A stretch of 64,000 nt of DNA, taken from the NCBI GenBank assembly GCA_050014095.1, contig JBEKDZ010000004.1, positions 8,359 through 72,358 on the forward strand, read 5' to 3'. Positions 27,065 to 36,835 of this stretch are shown here, piece by piece. The notes beneath the pieces are model-generated. The model was not told where the DNA came from. It searched no databases and saw nothing but the letters and a program-made list of their open reading frames with translations. How positions within the stretch are numbered: position 1 is the stretch's first letter; each line of letters begins with the position of its first letter. Made by a program: the position numbers and the translations under genes. The DNA is from Dehalococcoidales bacterium (GTDB taxonomy: Bacteria; Chloroflexota; Dehalococcoidia; Dehalococcoidales; RBG-16-60-22).

Positions 27065-27379
27065 TCAGGACTTTGTTTGGCCGATAAACGACTGCATTAA
27101 AATTTTCCCATCTCGGATGTGAAATGTGTCACCACCGAATAGGACCGCCGGAACCGCCGACCAGAGGACGTAGGCATATTCTCCATAAATTTCTTGCCTG
27201 ATGGTCTTCATGTTAGCTATCACTTCGGGTGTATATATAGTTATTATTCTTGAAAAACTCGCTCGTATACTATTGAGTCCTTTCTGAGACAAGCGCTTGT
27301 ACATGGTTTTGTAATACCGCTTCAATTGCTCCTGTAGCCATATAGACTCCTTTATATACTTATATTGATTCGCCCACAA
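27065..27379 (-). CDS. Hypothetical protein, possibly NTF2/SnoaL-like fold
   Basis: C-terminal GGDTFHIRDGKILMQSF resembles the SnoaL-like family ending. AT-richer than its neighbours (by eye). Confidence 0.35.
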   Translation of the reverse strand: MWANQYKYIKESIWLQEQLKRYYKTMYKRLSQKGLNSIRASFSRIITIYTPEVIANMKTIRQEIYGEYAYVLWSAVPAVLFGGDTFHIRDGKILMQSFIGQTKS

Positions 27380-27394
27380 TAGTAACTAATTTTT

Positions 27395-27676
27395 TTATCC
27401 GCCGGTCATTGGCACGAGCAGCGCAATGCGGTCGCCCGGGTGCAGCTCGAAGTTCTGACCGTCGAAGTAGAACTTACCGTTGATATTGAACTTGTACTGC
27501 TCGACGAGGCGGTCTTCTCCGGGGCGGATAACCCGTCCTTCCAATGAAGGTATTTGCTTTCTCATCGCGGCTATCACTTCCGGCATTGTCGCGCCGTCGC
27601 GCAGCTCCACTTCAACCTCGCGCAACTCCGTTATCTCGCGTGGGAGACCGTACATGGGTATAACGACTTTAAACAT
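27395..27676 (-). CDS. MoaD/ThiS-family ubiquitin-like sulfur-carrier protein (C-terminal Gly-Gly)
   Basis: 93 aa ending ...RIALLVPMTGG-stop. A beta-grasp-like pattern precedes it (INGKFYFDGQNFELHPGDRIALL). Confidence 0.7.
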   Translation of the reverse strand: MFKVVIPMYGLPREITELREVEVELRDGATMPEVIAAMRKQIPSLEGRVIRPGEDRLVEQYKFNINGKFYFDGQNFELHPGDRIALLVPMTGG

Positions 27677-27702
27677 ATTTCTATTTCCTCGATGGTTAAA
27701 TT

Positions 27703-27731
27703 ATTGTACCATCGTCGTATTTTCAGGTCAA
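27703..27731 (-). promoter_or_regulatory. Sigma-70-type promoter of the moaD-like/selenoprotein/SPFH unit
   Basis: On the minus strand: TTGACC (27726-31), exact 17-nt spacer, TACAAT (27703-08). A 7-bp inverted repeat CGATGGT-N11-ACCATCG (27690-27714) overlaps the -10. Confidence 0.6.
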
Positions 27732-27850
27732 CGTTCTCTTAAAGGGTTCCCCTTGGTTAGATAAATACTCACCCCCTTTTGTTCCCCCTCTCAAACCCAG
27801 TTATTACCTATGTTGGGTATTTATTTGTGTTTGATAGGGGGAAGTGAGTT

Positions 27851-27876
27851 GAGAGAGGGGGCGCAACCCCCTCTCT
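27851..27876. repeat. GC-rich hairpin AGAGAGGGGG-CGCAA-CCCCCTCTCT
   Basis: Perfect 10-bp stem. Same stem family as the terminators at 12503 and 24374. Confidence 0.6.
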
Positions 27877-27884
27877 ATTACACT

Positions 27885-27940
27885 CCCCTCTCCAGCCAGA
27901 AAATTCTCTGTTTTAGCTAGTATTACGGGCTGGAGAGGGG
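27885..27940. repeat. Inverted repeat CCCCTCTCCAGCC-N30-GGCTGGAGAGGGG followed by TCAGGGGTGAGG
   Basis: 13-bp perfect arms in the divergent intergenic region between the moaD-like operon and the methyltransferase gene. Confidence 0.6.
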
Positions 27941-28011
27941 TCAGGGGTGAGGTATGAATAAAGCAAATCGTGAATAAAACCATCCTAATAAATATGGTAT
28001 AATGCTCCATT

Positions 28012-28857
28012 ATGTACGACCCCAAATACACCAAAACATTTTATAACGCCTATGGCGAATTCGAGTGGGCGCGGCTGGAAGCCACCCCCTTCGGGCGGCT
28101 GCAGGCCATTATCCACGAGGACTTTATCCTGCGCTATCTTAAGAGCGGCGACCGCGTCCTCGATGCGGGGTGCGGACCGGGGCGTTTCAGCATTAGCGTC
28201 GCCCGCGCCGGAGGCAGGGTCACCGCCCTCGATATCTCCGATAAACAACTGGAGATTGCCAAAGAGAAAATAGCCGCAGCCGGACTAATCGACCAGATAG
28301 AGCAGTTTATCGAGGGCGATATTTGCGACCTTTCCATGTTCGAGGATGGGCAGTTCGATATGGTTATCTGCTATGGCGGGGCTTTATCTTATGTTTGTGA
28401 AAAACACCAAAAAGCGGCGGCGGAATTAATGCGCGTCACTAAACGCGGCGGCGTTATCCTAGTCAGCGTTATGAGCCGTCTGGGAACAGTACAGGGGGTA
28501 GCAAGATTACCCTACATCCCCAGTTTGGAGACCCCGGACATATCGGGTCCGGGCGTGCCGGGTTTATGGGAGGTGGTGGAAAAGGGCGAGTTCCCCGGCT
28601 TTCCTTCCAGGGCAGGTTTAATGCACGCGCCGATGCACCTATATACTGCGGAAGAATTAAAATCCCTCTTTAAGAAGTGCCGGATATTAGAAGTTGCCGG
28701 TTCCAACGTAACGATACCGGAAGCCCCCCATTCCGGCGAACAGATAGCCACCAGTCCAACAGCCTGGGCGACATTAGTAGAATTAGAAAAGAAAATCAAT
28801 CACGACCCCGGCCTGGTGAACTGCGGCAGTCATATAATAATGGCCGTTAAGAAATAG
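28012..28857 (+). CDS. Class I SAM-dependent methyltransferase
   Basis: VLDAGCGPGRFS (motif I), ALDIS (motif II), FDMVICYGG. Confidence 0.8.
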   Translation: MYDPKYTKTFYNAYGEFEWARLEATPFGRLQAIIHEDFILRYLKSGDRVLDAGCGPGRFSISVARAGGRVTALDISDKQLEIAKEKIAAAGLIDQIEQFIEGDICDLSMFEDGQFDMVICYGGALSYVCEKHQKAAAELMRVTKRGGVILVSVMSRLGTVQGVARLPYIPSLETPDISGPGVPGLWEVVEKGEFPGFPSRAGLMHAPMHLYTAEELKSLFKKCRILEVAGSNVTIPEAPHSGEQIATSPTAWATLVELEKKINHDPGLVNCGSHIIMAVKK

Positions 28858-28872
28858 ACCTAAACAATCATC

Positions 28873-29069
28873 CATTCCGTTGTAAAACGGAATCCAGGTA
28901 CATGGGATTATAATAATTTATCGGTCTTTTTAACAGTATCACTGGATTCCCAATCAGGTTGGGAATGACGTGTTTCTCATGTGGTTAAAAACACCGTCAT
29001 TCCCGTGAAAACGGGAATCCAGAGGGGTGGGGTAAAAGAGTGGCTGGATACCGATTGTCATCGGTATGG
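28873..29069. repeat. Cluster of four family B hairpin repeats in mixed orientation
   Basis: The four copies are CATTCCGT-TGTAAA-ACGGAATCCAGG (28873-98), CTGGATTCCCAA-TCAGG-TTGGGAATGAC (28942-69, inverted), GTCATTCCCGT-GAAA-ACGGGAATCCAG (28995-29021) and CTGGATACCGAT-TGTC-ATCGGTATGG (29044-69). Confidence 0.75.
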
Positions 29070-29083
29070 TTGTAAATAATACT

Positions 29084-30898
29084 CTACGTCGCCAGCTCCG
29101 GTGCGTTGAGTTGCTGGTGCATCTTATAGTAAAGTCCCTGCCTGGCGAGCAGCTCCTTGTGAGAGCCTTCCTCAATGATTTTACCTTTATCCAGCACGAT
29201 AATGCGGTCGGCTTTGGTTACCGTGGAAAGCCGGTGCGCAATAGTCAGGCAGGTGCGCCCCTTGGTCAGTTTCCTTAAAGCCCGCTGCATAATACGCTCG
29301 GTATTAGTATCTACATTAGACGTCGCTTCATCGAGTATCAGTATCTGCGGGTCAGCCAGTATCGCGCGTGCCAAACAGATAAGTTGGCGTTGGCCGGCGC
29401 TTAAATTAGCGCCCCGCTGCCCCACCAGTGTATCGAAGCCCTTCTCCAGTCGGCTGATGAAGTGATGCGCCCCCACCGTTTTCGCCACATCAATAACCTG
29501 CTCGTGGGTGGCGTCTAACCTGCCGAACTTGATATTCTCCTCGATGGTGCCGGAAAAGAGAATGGGGTCCTGCGGCACGATGCCGATTTGCCTTCTTAAC
29601 GACTGTTGGGTCACGGAGCGTACGTCGTAGCCGTCTACGGTCACCGACCCCTTGGTCACCTCGTAAAAACGCGCCGTGAGGCTCACCAGGCTGCTTTTAC
29701 CCGACCCCGTCTGCCCTACGATGGCGACCGTTTCCCCCGGCTTGACGGCGAGGTTGATATTATGCAAGACGTCTTTATTCTGTTCGTAGGCAAAGCTCAT
29801 ATTTTTGAAAACTATTTCGCCTTTCATCAGCGGCAACTCGATGGCATCCGATTTATCCTGAATTTCCGGCGCCACATCCAGCAGCTCGAAAATACGCGCC
29901 CCGGAAGCCATCGCCCGCTGTAGGTCTGTATACTGCATGGAAAGCTCCAGAACGGGGTCGAAGAAACGCTGGACGTAGAGTAAAAAGCTCATTAACGCGC
30001 CGATGCTCATGGCGCTATCCAGCACTTGCATACCGCCGACGATGATGACGATAGCGAAAGACACGCCGGTGGAAATCATGACCATCGGCATCATCAGTGC
30101 TTCCAGCTTAACGGCCGTCACATTAGCATCGAGGTGCGCCCGGTTTACCTGGTCGAACTGCTCCATATTCTCTTCCTCGCGGGATAGACTCTGGATAACC
30201 CGCACGCCGGACATATCCTCTTGGAGCTGCGAATTAACCGTGGCGATAGCCCGCCGTACTTGGATAAACGCTTTCCGGGCGTATTTCTGCCAGACGATGG
30301 TCATAAGAATCATGAACGGTATCACCGCCAGCGTAATTAAAGCCAGGCGGGGACTCATCGAAATCATGATAATCGCGATGCCCACCAGCGTCAGCAGACT
30401 GGTCACCATGGTTAATATGCCCTGGGTTACGAGCTCCTGTATTTGTGAAACGTCATTTTGCACCCGGGACATCAGCTTGCCGACTTTATGGGTATCGAAG
30501 AAGCTCAAGGATAAACGCTGCAAATGGTCGAACATCTCCGTGCGCATGCGGTAGATGATGGCCTGGCCAGCATAAGCTAAGTAGACGTTCTCCAGATACT
30601 GCCCTCCCCAGGTCAACAGCGCCATGACCACGTATAAAATAACTACGATGCCGAGTCCGCTAAAATCGTGCCCGATGATACGGTCGGTAGCCAGACCCAC
30701 CAGGTAGGGAGCCGCCAGCGTCGCCAGCGTACGCACGAGCATACCGCCCGCCCCGATGCTTATCCACCCCTTGACCGGCGCTAGGTATTTAGGCAGCTTG
30801 CCGAAAACGCGGCTATCGTAGACCTTGCCCAGAACCTCGTCGGAGTCAAAGCCGCCACGTCCACCAAAGGGACCACCGCCCGGGCCGCCGTGCATCAT
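29084..30898 (-). CDS. ABC exporter, fused permease/ATPase (MsbA/MdlB-like), subunit 2
   Basis: Six-TM domain plus an NBD with Walker A GQTGSGKSS, signature LSAGQRQ and Walker B ILILDEATS. Confidence 0.9.
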   Translation of the reverse strand: MMHGGPGGGPFGGRGGFDSDEVLGKVYDSRVFGKLPKYLAPVKGWISIGAGGMLVRTLATLAAPYLVGLATDRIIGHDFSGLGIVVILYVVMALLTWGGQYLENVYLAYAGQAIIYRMRTEMFDHLQRLSLSFFDTHKVGKLMSRVQNDVSQIQELVTQGILTMVTSLLTLVGIAIIMISMSPRLALITLAVIPFMILMTIVWQKYARKAFIQVRRAIATVNSQLQEDMSGVRVIQSLSREEENMEQFDQVNRAHLDANVTAVKLEALMMPMVMISTGVSFAIVIIVGGMQVLDSAMSIGALMSFLLYVQRFFDPVLELSMQYTDLQRAMASGARIFELLDVAPEIQDKSDAIELPLMKGEIVFKNMSFAYEQNKDVLHNINLAVKPGETVAIVGQTGSGKSSLVSLTARFYEVTKGSVTVDGYDVRSVTQQSLRRQIGIVPQDPILFSGTIEENIKFGRLDATHEQVIDVAKTVGAHHFISRLEKGFDTLVGQRGANLSAGQRQLICLARAILADPQILILDEATSNVDTNTERIMQRALRKLTKGRTCLTIAHRLSTVTKADRIIVLDKGKIIEEGSHKELLARQGLYYKMHQQLNAPELAT

Positions 30899-30901
30899 AG
30901 C

Positions 30902-32677
30902 TTATTCTTCTTCCTCTTCAATATTTAACATGAGCTGTGATTCGTATATATCTTTATAAACACCACCCTTAGCCATCAGCTCATTATGCGTGCCTTTTTC
31001 CACCAGCATGCCATCCTGCAGCATTAAAATCTGGTCAGCGTTCTGGATGATGGGCAGGCGGTGGGTAATGATAAAGGTCGTCCGCCCCTTAATCAGTTTG
31101 TCCAGTGCCTGTCGGATGAGCCTTTCCGTGGCGGCGTCCACGCTGGCCGTGGAGTCGTCGAGTATTAAAATACTGGGATTGACAAGCAGCGTCCTGGCTA
31201 TGGAGAGCCGCTGTTTCTCCCCACCGGAGAGGGTATCGCCCCTCTCACCTACCCAGGTATCATAGCCTTCCGGCAACGACATGATAAAATCATGCAGGTT
31301 AGCTGCCTTGGCTACCTCGGTAATTTTATCCATGCTGGCATTCACCACGCCATAGGCGATATTCTCATGGATGGTAGCGGAAAACAGGAAGACATCCTGT
31401 TGCGCGGTAACGACGTTTTTACGCAGGGATGCTAGCGTGACATCGCGGATATCAATGCCGTCTATTAGGATTTTTCCAGATGAAACATCATAGAAACGAC
31501 CGAGCAGATTAGCTACGGTGCTCTTGCCGCTACCGGAACGCCCCAGCAGGGCGATGAGCTGTCCCGGCTCCACCTCGAAGCTGACATCCTTCAGCGCCGG
31601 ACCCATATTTGTATAGCTAAAGCTGACATTCTGAAAGGCTACCCGCCCTTTAACCCTCCCCAGCTCGATGGCATTGGGCTTTTCGGTAACTTCAGATTTT
31701 GTATCCAGGATTTCTAAAATACGCTGTCCGGCGGATATCGTCCGGGAATAAAGATTGACCAGCATCCCCAGCCGGCGGATAGGCATGACCAGCATGCCGA
31801 TATAAAGGATGAACTCGGTTACCTGCCCTATCGTAATAACGCCATCAGCTACCTGGTGACCACCGTACCAAAGGATAACCGCCGCCGGGACGGTGAAAAG
31901 CAGTGCCATCGTCGGCGCGTTAATCCCCATCAGTTTAGCGGCGTGGATTTGCTCGTCGGAAAGCACCGTCGCCTGCTCGGCGAATTGACGATTATCTTCT
32001 TTTTCGTGAGAAAACGCTTTAACCACGCTGATGCCGGCGAGGCTTTCCTCCAGGGTGGTACCCATGACACCCATAATCGCTTGCACTTTTAGCCAGATAG
32101 GCCTGATACGGCGACCGAAATTGATAGCCAGCCAGGCTACCGGAGGAACAAATGCAAGTGTTAGCAAAGCCAGCTGCCAATCCATGATAATTAATATAAC
32201 AGCCACGGCAGCAATCATGATGAATACCTGCGCCATGCCGAGCAAGCCCATGGCGAAGAACATACGTACCGCTTCGATATCTACCGTGGCGCGGGACATC
32301 AGTTGGCCCGTCTGGCTCCTATCATGGAAGGAAAAGCTCAAACGCTGGATGCGCTCATAAAGGGCGTTCCTCATGATATAGGTGGTTTTTTGCGCTACGA
32401 GCTCGTTAAGATAGCGCTGCCCGTAACCAGCCAGACCTCTTAAAGCGCTGACAATGACGATAATACCCGCCACCCACCAGATGAAGCTCTGTGAGCTGTC
32501 TACGGTGATAAAGAGAAAGGAGTGGGTTCCGGAGTTTAAAGCGGCATCAATACCGTCACCCAATAAGTTAGGTATAGATATACCCAGCAGGGTGCCGATA
32601 ACCAGGCTGATAAAGGCAAAGACCAGTAAATACCAGTAGCCCCGCACAAATGCCAGCAGTCTTAAAAATACTTTCAT
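30902..32677 (-). CDS. ABC exporter, fused permease/ATPase, subunit 1
   Basis: Walker A GRSGSGKST, signature LSGGEKQR, Walker B ILILDDSTA. Lies 3 nt upstream of its partner, implying a heterodimer. Confidence 0.9.
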   Translation of the reverse strand: MKVFLRLLAFVRGYWYLLVFAFISLVIGTLLGISIPNLLGDGIDAALNSGTHSFLFITVDSSQSFIWWVAGIIVIVSALRGLAGYGQRYLNELVAQKTTYIMRNALYERIQRLSFSFHDRSQTGQLMSRATVDIEAVRMFFAMGLLGMAQVFIMIAAVAVILIIMDWQLALLTLAFVPPVAWLAINFGRRIRPIWLKVQAIMGVMGTTLEESLAGISVVKAFSHEKEDNRQFAEQATVLSDEQIHAAKLMGINAPTMALLFTVPAAVILWYGGHQVADGVITIGQVTEFILYIGMLVMPIRRLGMLVNLYSRTISAGQRILEILDTKSEVTEKPNAIELGRVKGRVAFQNVSFSYTNMGPALKDVSFEVEPGQLIALLGRSGSGKSTVANLLGRFYDVSSGKILIDGIDIRDVTLASLRKNVVTAQQDVFLFSATIHENIAYGVVNASMDKITEVAKAANLHDFIMSLPEGYDTWVGERGDTLSGGEKQRLSIARTLLVNPSILILDDSTASVDAATERLIRQALDKLIKGRTTFIITHRLPIIQNADQILMLQDGMLVEKGTHNELMAKGGVYKDIYESQLMLNIEEEEE

Positions 32678-32967
32678 GAAAAAATACCTGGAAAAAATTA
32701 AGCCCCGTTGCGATATAACGTGATATATTATACTATTAAAATAGGGGTACGGTAAAGGATTATCTTGGTATTATCAGCTTCCGGCAAGCTAACGTTTACG
32801 CTGGTATGCCGCAGATATAATCCCGTCTACCGAATACAAAAAATCACTAAAAAATTAGGTATTTTCTACCTATTATTTTACTTGTTACACTAATATACTT
32901 ATAATTAATAATAGGGAAAATAATAAGGAAAATCCGTTTTTATCCTCTGTTCTTCAGAGAGAATTTT

Positions 32968-33534
32968 ATGCCCGAAGCAAAAACGACGACGTTTATCGAT
33001 GAAATTTGCGCTATCCCCGGCGGGGAGGACATCAAGGTATGCATCCAGTGCGGCACCTGTACAGCTTCGTGCCCCACCGCCGATAGGATGGATTGTTCCC
33101 CTTCCCACCTAATAGCCATGGCTCGGGCAGGCATGCGGGAGGAGGTACTATCCGCCAATAGCATGTGGCTTTGCCTATCCTGCTACTTATGCGTGGTACG
33201 GTGCCCCAGGGATATTAAAATAACCCGACTGATGCACGTCCTGGAGAGCCTATCCGCCCGCAGCCGTTTAAGCAACAAACGCACCACCACGCCGAGGATG
33301 TATAAGGGCTTCAATAAATTCATCATCAGAGGTGGGCGGATATCCGAGCTCTGGATGATGGTCGGCTACTATCTACGCACTAATCCGTTGAAAGCGCTGG
33401 GGATGCTTCCTATAGCGGTCAGTCTATTCCTGCACAAACGCATATCGCTCAAAATAGATAAAATGAAGCCGGAGGGTATCAAGCAGCTTAATGCCATCAT
33501 CGACAAAGCGGAGTCTTCAGGAGGTACCTGGTGA
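32968..33534 (+). CDS. hdrC: Heterodisulfide reductase subunit C
   Basis: Two CxxCxxCxxxCP motifs: CIQCGTCTASCP and CLSCYLCVVRCP. Confidence 0.85.
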   Translation: MPEAKTTTFIDEICAIPGGEDIKVCIQCGTCTASCPTADRMDCSPSHLIAMARAGMREEVLSANSMWLCLSCYLCVVRCPRDIKITRLMHVLESLSARSRLSNKRTTTPRMYKGFNKFIIRGGRISELWMMVGYYLRTNPLKALGMLPIAVSLFLHKRISLKIDKMKPEGIKQLNAIIDKAESSGGTW

Positions 33535-34406
33535 AACAATATTCTTACTTTCCGGGGTGCGGTCTCTCACCTGAAGGCTTCGGCAGGGCATTTGACTGGT
33601 CAATTAAAGGGGTTAATAAGGTTCTGGATTTAGAATTTAAAGAAATCCCCGATTGGAACTGCTGCGGCACCGTCCCTTACGATACTCTTCATGAGCATGC
33701 TTCTTTTGCCGTCTGCGCCCGCAACCTTGCCCTCGCAGAACAAATCGGGGGCGATTTAGTAGCGCCGTGCAGTTCCTGCTACGTGTTTTTAAGTCGTACC
33801 AACCAGTATATTCATGAATACGCCAAAGTAAAAAAGGAAGTTGAAGATGCTTTAGCCGCCGGCGGCCTCGCCTACCATGGCAAAGTCAAGGTGCGCAAGG
33901 TGCTCGATGTTTACGTTAATGATGTCGGCTACGACGTTATCGCGGCTAAAGTGAAAAAGAGTCTGGAGGGCCTTAAAGTAGCCTGCTACTACGGCTGCCA
34001 GGAGGTGCGCCCCATTTTTGGCCGCGACCACCCGGAAAATCCTAAATATATGGATAAGCTGGTCAAAGCATTAGGCGCCGAAGCCGTTAATTTCCCACTA
34101 AAGAGCGCCTGCTGCGGCGGTTCGCTCATCATCTCCGAGGAAGACGCATCGCTTGAGCTGATTAAAAAACTGCTGGATTCTGCCGTGAGCAACGGGGCGG
34201 AGGTTATGATTACCGGCTGCCCGCTATGCCAGTTGAACGTGGACGCTTACCAGGCGATGGTAAACCGGAAATATAAGACCGACTATCATTTGCCCATCCT
34301 GTTCTTTACCCAGTTGATGGGCGTGGCTTTCGGTCTCGATGAAAAAGACCTGGGACTTAAAACCAGTATCGTGCCGGTGAAAAAGGCTCTGGCGAAATTT
34401 ATTTAA
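33531..34406 (+). CDS. hdrB: Heterodisulfide reductase subunit B (two CCG domains)
   Basis: NCCGTVPY and ACCGGSLI CCG motifs, plus CPLCQLN. Confidence 0.85.
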   Translation: MKQYSYFPGCGLSPEGFGRAFDWSIKGVNKVLDLEFKEIPDWNCCGTVPYDTLHEHASFAVCARNLALAEQIGGDLVAPCSSCYVFLSRTNQYIHEYAKVKKEVEDALAAGGLAYHGKVKVRKVLDVYVNDVGYDVIAAKVKKSLEGLKVACYYGCQEVRPIFGRDHPENPKYMDKLVKALGAEAVNFPLKSACCGGSLIISEEDASLELIKKLLDSAVSNGAEVMITGCPLCQLNVDAYQAMVNRKYKTDYHLPILFFTQLMGVAFGLDEKDLGLKTSIVPVKKALAKFI

Positions 34407-34415
34407 GGAGTAGAA

Positions 34416-36416
34416 ATGGCGCCAAAAATCGGTGTTTATATTTGCCACTGCGGCAGCAATATCGCCGGCATCGTGGACTGCTCTAAAGTTACCGAGTTCG
34501 CCCGCGGTCTGCCCAATGTAGCTGTGGCGCGTGACTATAAATACATGTGTTCCGACCCCGGCCAGAACCTGATTAAAGAAGATATTAAAAAACTGGGCCT
34601 TAATCGCGTCGTCGTCGCTTCCTGCTCGCCGCGGATGCACGAGCCTACTTTCCGCCGCGCCTGCCAGGATGCCGGACTTAACCAGTACCTTTTTGAAATG
34701 GCAAATATTCGCGAGCAGTGCTCCTGGGTACACGTCGATAAAGAAATGGCGACGGAAAAAGCCAAAGCCCTGGTCAGTGCTGCCGTCCACCGCGTTGCCT
34801 TACAGGAGCCGCTGGAAACTAAAGAGGTAGCCATGAACCCGTGCACGTTGGTCATCGGCGGAGGGGTGGCGGGTATCCAGGCGGCTTTAGAAATTGCCGA
34901 TGCCGGCCACAAGGTCTACCTTTTGGAAAAAGAGCCCAGCATCGGCGGCCATATGGCGATGTTCGATAAAACCTTCCCCACCCTGGACTGCGCCGCCTGT
35001 ATTTTAACGCCCAAGATGACCAGCGTCGGGCAGAACCACAATATCGAGCTGCTGGCTTATAGCGAACTAGTCGAGCTTTCCGGCTATATCGGCAATTTCA
35101 AGGCTAAAATCAAGAAAAAGGCGAGGTATATCGATACGGTCAAATGCACCGGCTGCGGGCGCTGCTCGGAGCTCTGCCCCACCTCCCTACCCAATGAGTT
35201 CGACTGCGGCCTTGGCCAGCGTAAAGCTATCTATATCCCCTCCCCTTACGCCGTCCCTAATAAAGCCATCATCGACGCGAAAAACTGCCTTCATCTTAAG
35301 GGTAAAGCGAACGGCAAAGACGTCTGCCGTTTATGCCAGAAAGGCAACGAGAAGAAAGGTTTAGTCGGCTGCGAGGCGGAGGCGATAGACTTCGACCAGA
35401 AAGACGAAATGGTGGAGATTGAAATCGGTAATATCATCGTCGCCACCGGCTTCCAGCAGTTCGACCCCGCCAAGATATACCAACTCGGCTACGGCCGCTT
35501 GAATAATGTTTTCACCAGTTTAGAGTTCGAAAGGCTGACCAACGCTTCCGGTCCTACCAGCGGCAGGGTGTTGCTCAAAGATGGCTCCGAGCCGAAAACC
35601 ATCGCCATTTTGCACTGCATCGGCAGCCGTGATGCTAACTACCATAAATATTGCTCGCGGGTCTGCTGCATGTACTCGCTTAAATTCGCCCACCTGCTGC
35701 GGGAAAAGCTGCCGGAGGCGGCCGTGTACCAGCTCTATATTGATATGCGCTGCGCCGGCTCCGGCTACGAGGAGTTCTACGAGCGCCTGCAGGAGGAAGG
35801 GGTAAACTTTATCCGCGGCAAGGCTGGCGAGGTTACCGATTTAGCCGAAAGCCCAGAAGAAAAAGACAGGCTTGTCGTTATGGTGGAAGATACACTGGTA
35901 CGTCGCAAGCGGCGCCTACCCGTGGATATGGTTATCCTGAGCTGCGCCCTGGAGCCCCGCCCCGATACCGAACAGCTCGCCAGGATTTTGACTTTGAGTC
36001 GTAAGGCTGACGGCTTCTTCCTGGAAAAACACCCCAAGCTCGACCCCGTCGCCACCACCACGGACGGCGTCTATATCGTCGGCTGCTGCCAGAGTCCCAA
36101 AGATATACCGGATACCGTCGCCCAGGCATCGGCAGCGGCGGCACGGGTGCTGGCGCTCATCAGTAAGGGCAAGGTAGAGATAGAAGCCGCCATTGCCAAC
36201 ATCGACGAAGAAAAATGCTCCGGCTGTAAAATCTGTATCGACCTCTGCCCGTATAAAGCCATCAGTTTCGATGAAGAAAAGAAGGTCTCCCGTGTTAACG
36301 AGGCGCTTTGCAAGGGCTGTGGCACCTGCGTGGCGGCCTGCCCCAGCGGCGCCATTAAAGGCAGGCATTTTACCACCGAGGAAATTATGGCGGAAATCGA
36401 GGGGGTACTGGCATGA
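34416..36416 (+). CDS. hdrA: Heterodisulfide reductase subunit A (FAD, multiple Fe-S)
   Basis: IGVYICHCGSNIAG, dinucleotide fold VIGGGVAGIQAALE, and C-terminal CSGCKICIDLCP / CKGCGTCVAACP. Confidence 0.9.
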   Translation: MAPKIGVYICHCGSNIAGIVDCSKVTEFARGLPNVAVARDYKYMCSDPGQNLIKEDIKKLGLNRVVVASCSPRMHEPTFRRACQDAGLNQYLFEMANIREQCSWVHVDKEMATEKAKALVSAAVHRVALQEPLETKEVAMNPCTLVIGGGVAGIQAALEIADAGHKVYLLEKEPSIGGHMAMFDKTFPTLDCAACILTPKMTSVGQNHNIELLAYSELVELSGYIGNFKAKIKKKARYIDTVKCTGCGRCSELCPTSLPNEFDCGLGQRKAIYIPSPYAVPNKAIIDAKNCLHLKGKANGKDVCRLCQKGNEKKGLVGCEAEAIDFDQKDEMVEIEIGNIIVATGFQQFDPAKIYQLGYGRLNNVFTSLEFERLTNASGPTSGRVLLKDGSEPKTIAILHCIGSRDANYHKYCSRVCCMYSLKFAHLLREKLPEAAVYQLYIDMRCAGSGYEEFYERLQEEGVNFIRGKAGEVTDLAESPEEKDRLVVMVEDTLVRRKRRLPVDMVILSCALEPRPDTEQLARILTLSRKADGFFLEKHPKLDPVATTTDGVYIVGCCQSPKDIPDTVAQASAAAARVLALISKGKVEIEAAIANIDEEKCSGCKICIDLCPYKAISFDEEKKVSRVNEALCKGCGTCVAACPSGAIKGRHFTTEEIMAEIEGVLA

Positions 36417-36835
36417 GCTTCGAACCCAAGATTGTCGGCATCCTCTGCAACTGGTGCTCTTATACCGGTGCCGACCTCGCTGGAACTTCGAGGAAGAAAT
36501 ACCTGCCCAATGTCCGGATAGTGCGCGTCATGTGCTCCGGTCGCGTCGAGCCTACCTTTATTTTAAAAGCCTTTGAACAGGGCGCGGACGGCGTCCTCGT
36601 CTGCGGCTGCCACCCCGGCGACTGCCATTACCAGGACGGTAATAAAAAGACCGCCCGCCGCATGCCGCTGCTCAAGAAAATGTTAGCGCAGTTCGGTATT
36701 GAAGATGAAAGGGTACGCCTGGAATGGATATCAGCCTCGGAAGGTGACCGCTTCGCTGCCATCGTCAACGAGATGACGGAACAGGTAAGGAAGCTGGGAC
36801 CTTTTAGCGGGAACGGAGGTGGCGCCAATGGCTAA
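36413..36835 (+). CDS. mvhD: MvhD-type (methyl-viologen-reducing hydrogenase delta) subunit
   Basis: ILCNWCSYTGADLAG...VMCSGRV...GADGVLVCGCHPGDCHY. Confidence 0.85.
   Translation: MSFEPKIVGILCNWCSYTGADLAGTSRKKYLPNVRIVRVMCSGRVEPTFILKAFEQGADGVLVCGCHPGDCHYQDGNKKTARRMPLLKKMLAQFGIEDERVRLEWISASEGDRFAAIVNEMTEQVRKLGPFSGNGGGANG

Noticed and set aside
28868-29069. Possible CRISPR array, suggested by several similar hairpin repeats close together
   Set aside because: The repeats differ in stem sequence, occur in both orientations and have irregular spacing (about 45-70 nt, with no unique-spacer logic). No cas genes are present in the window.
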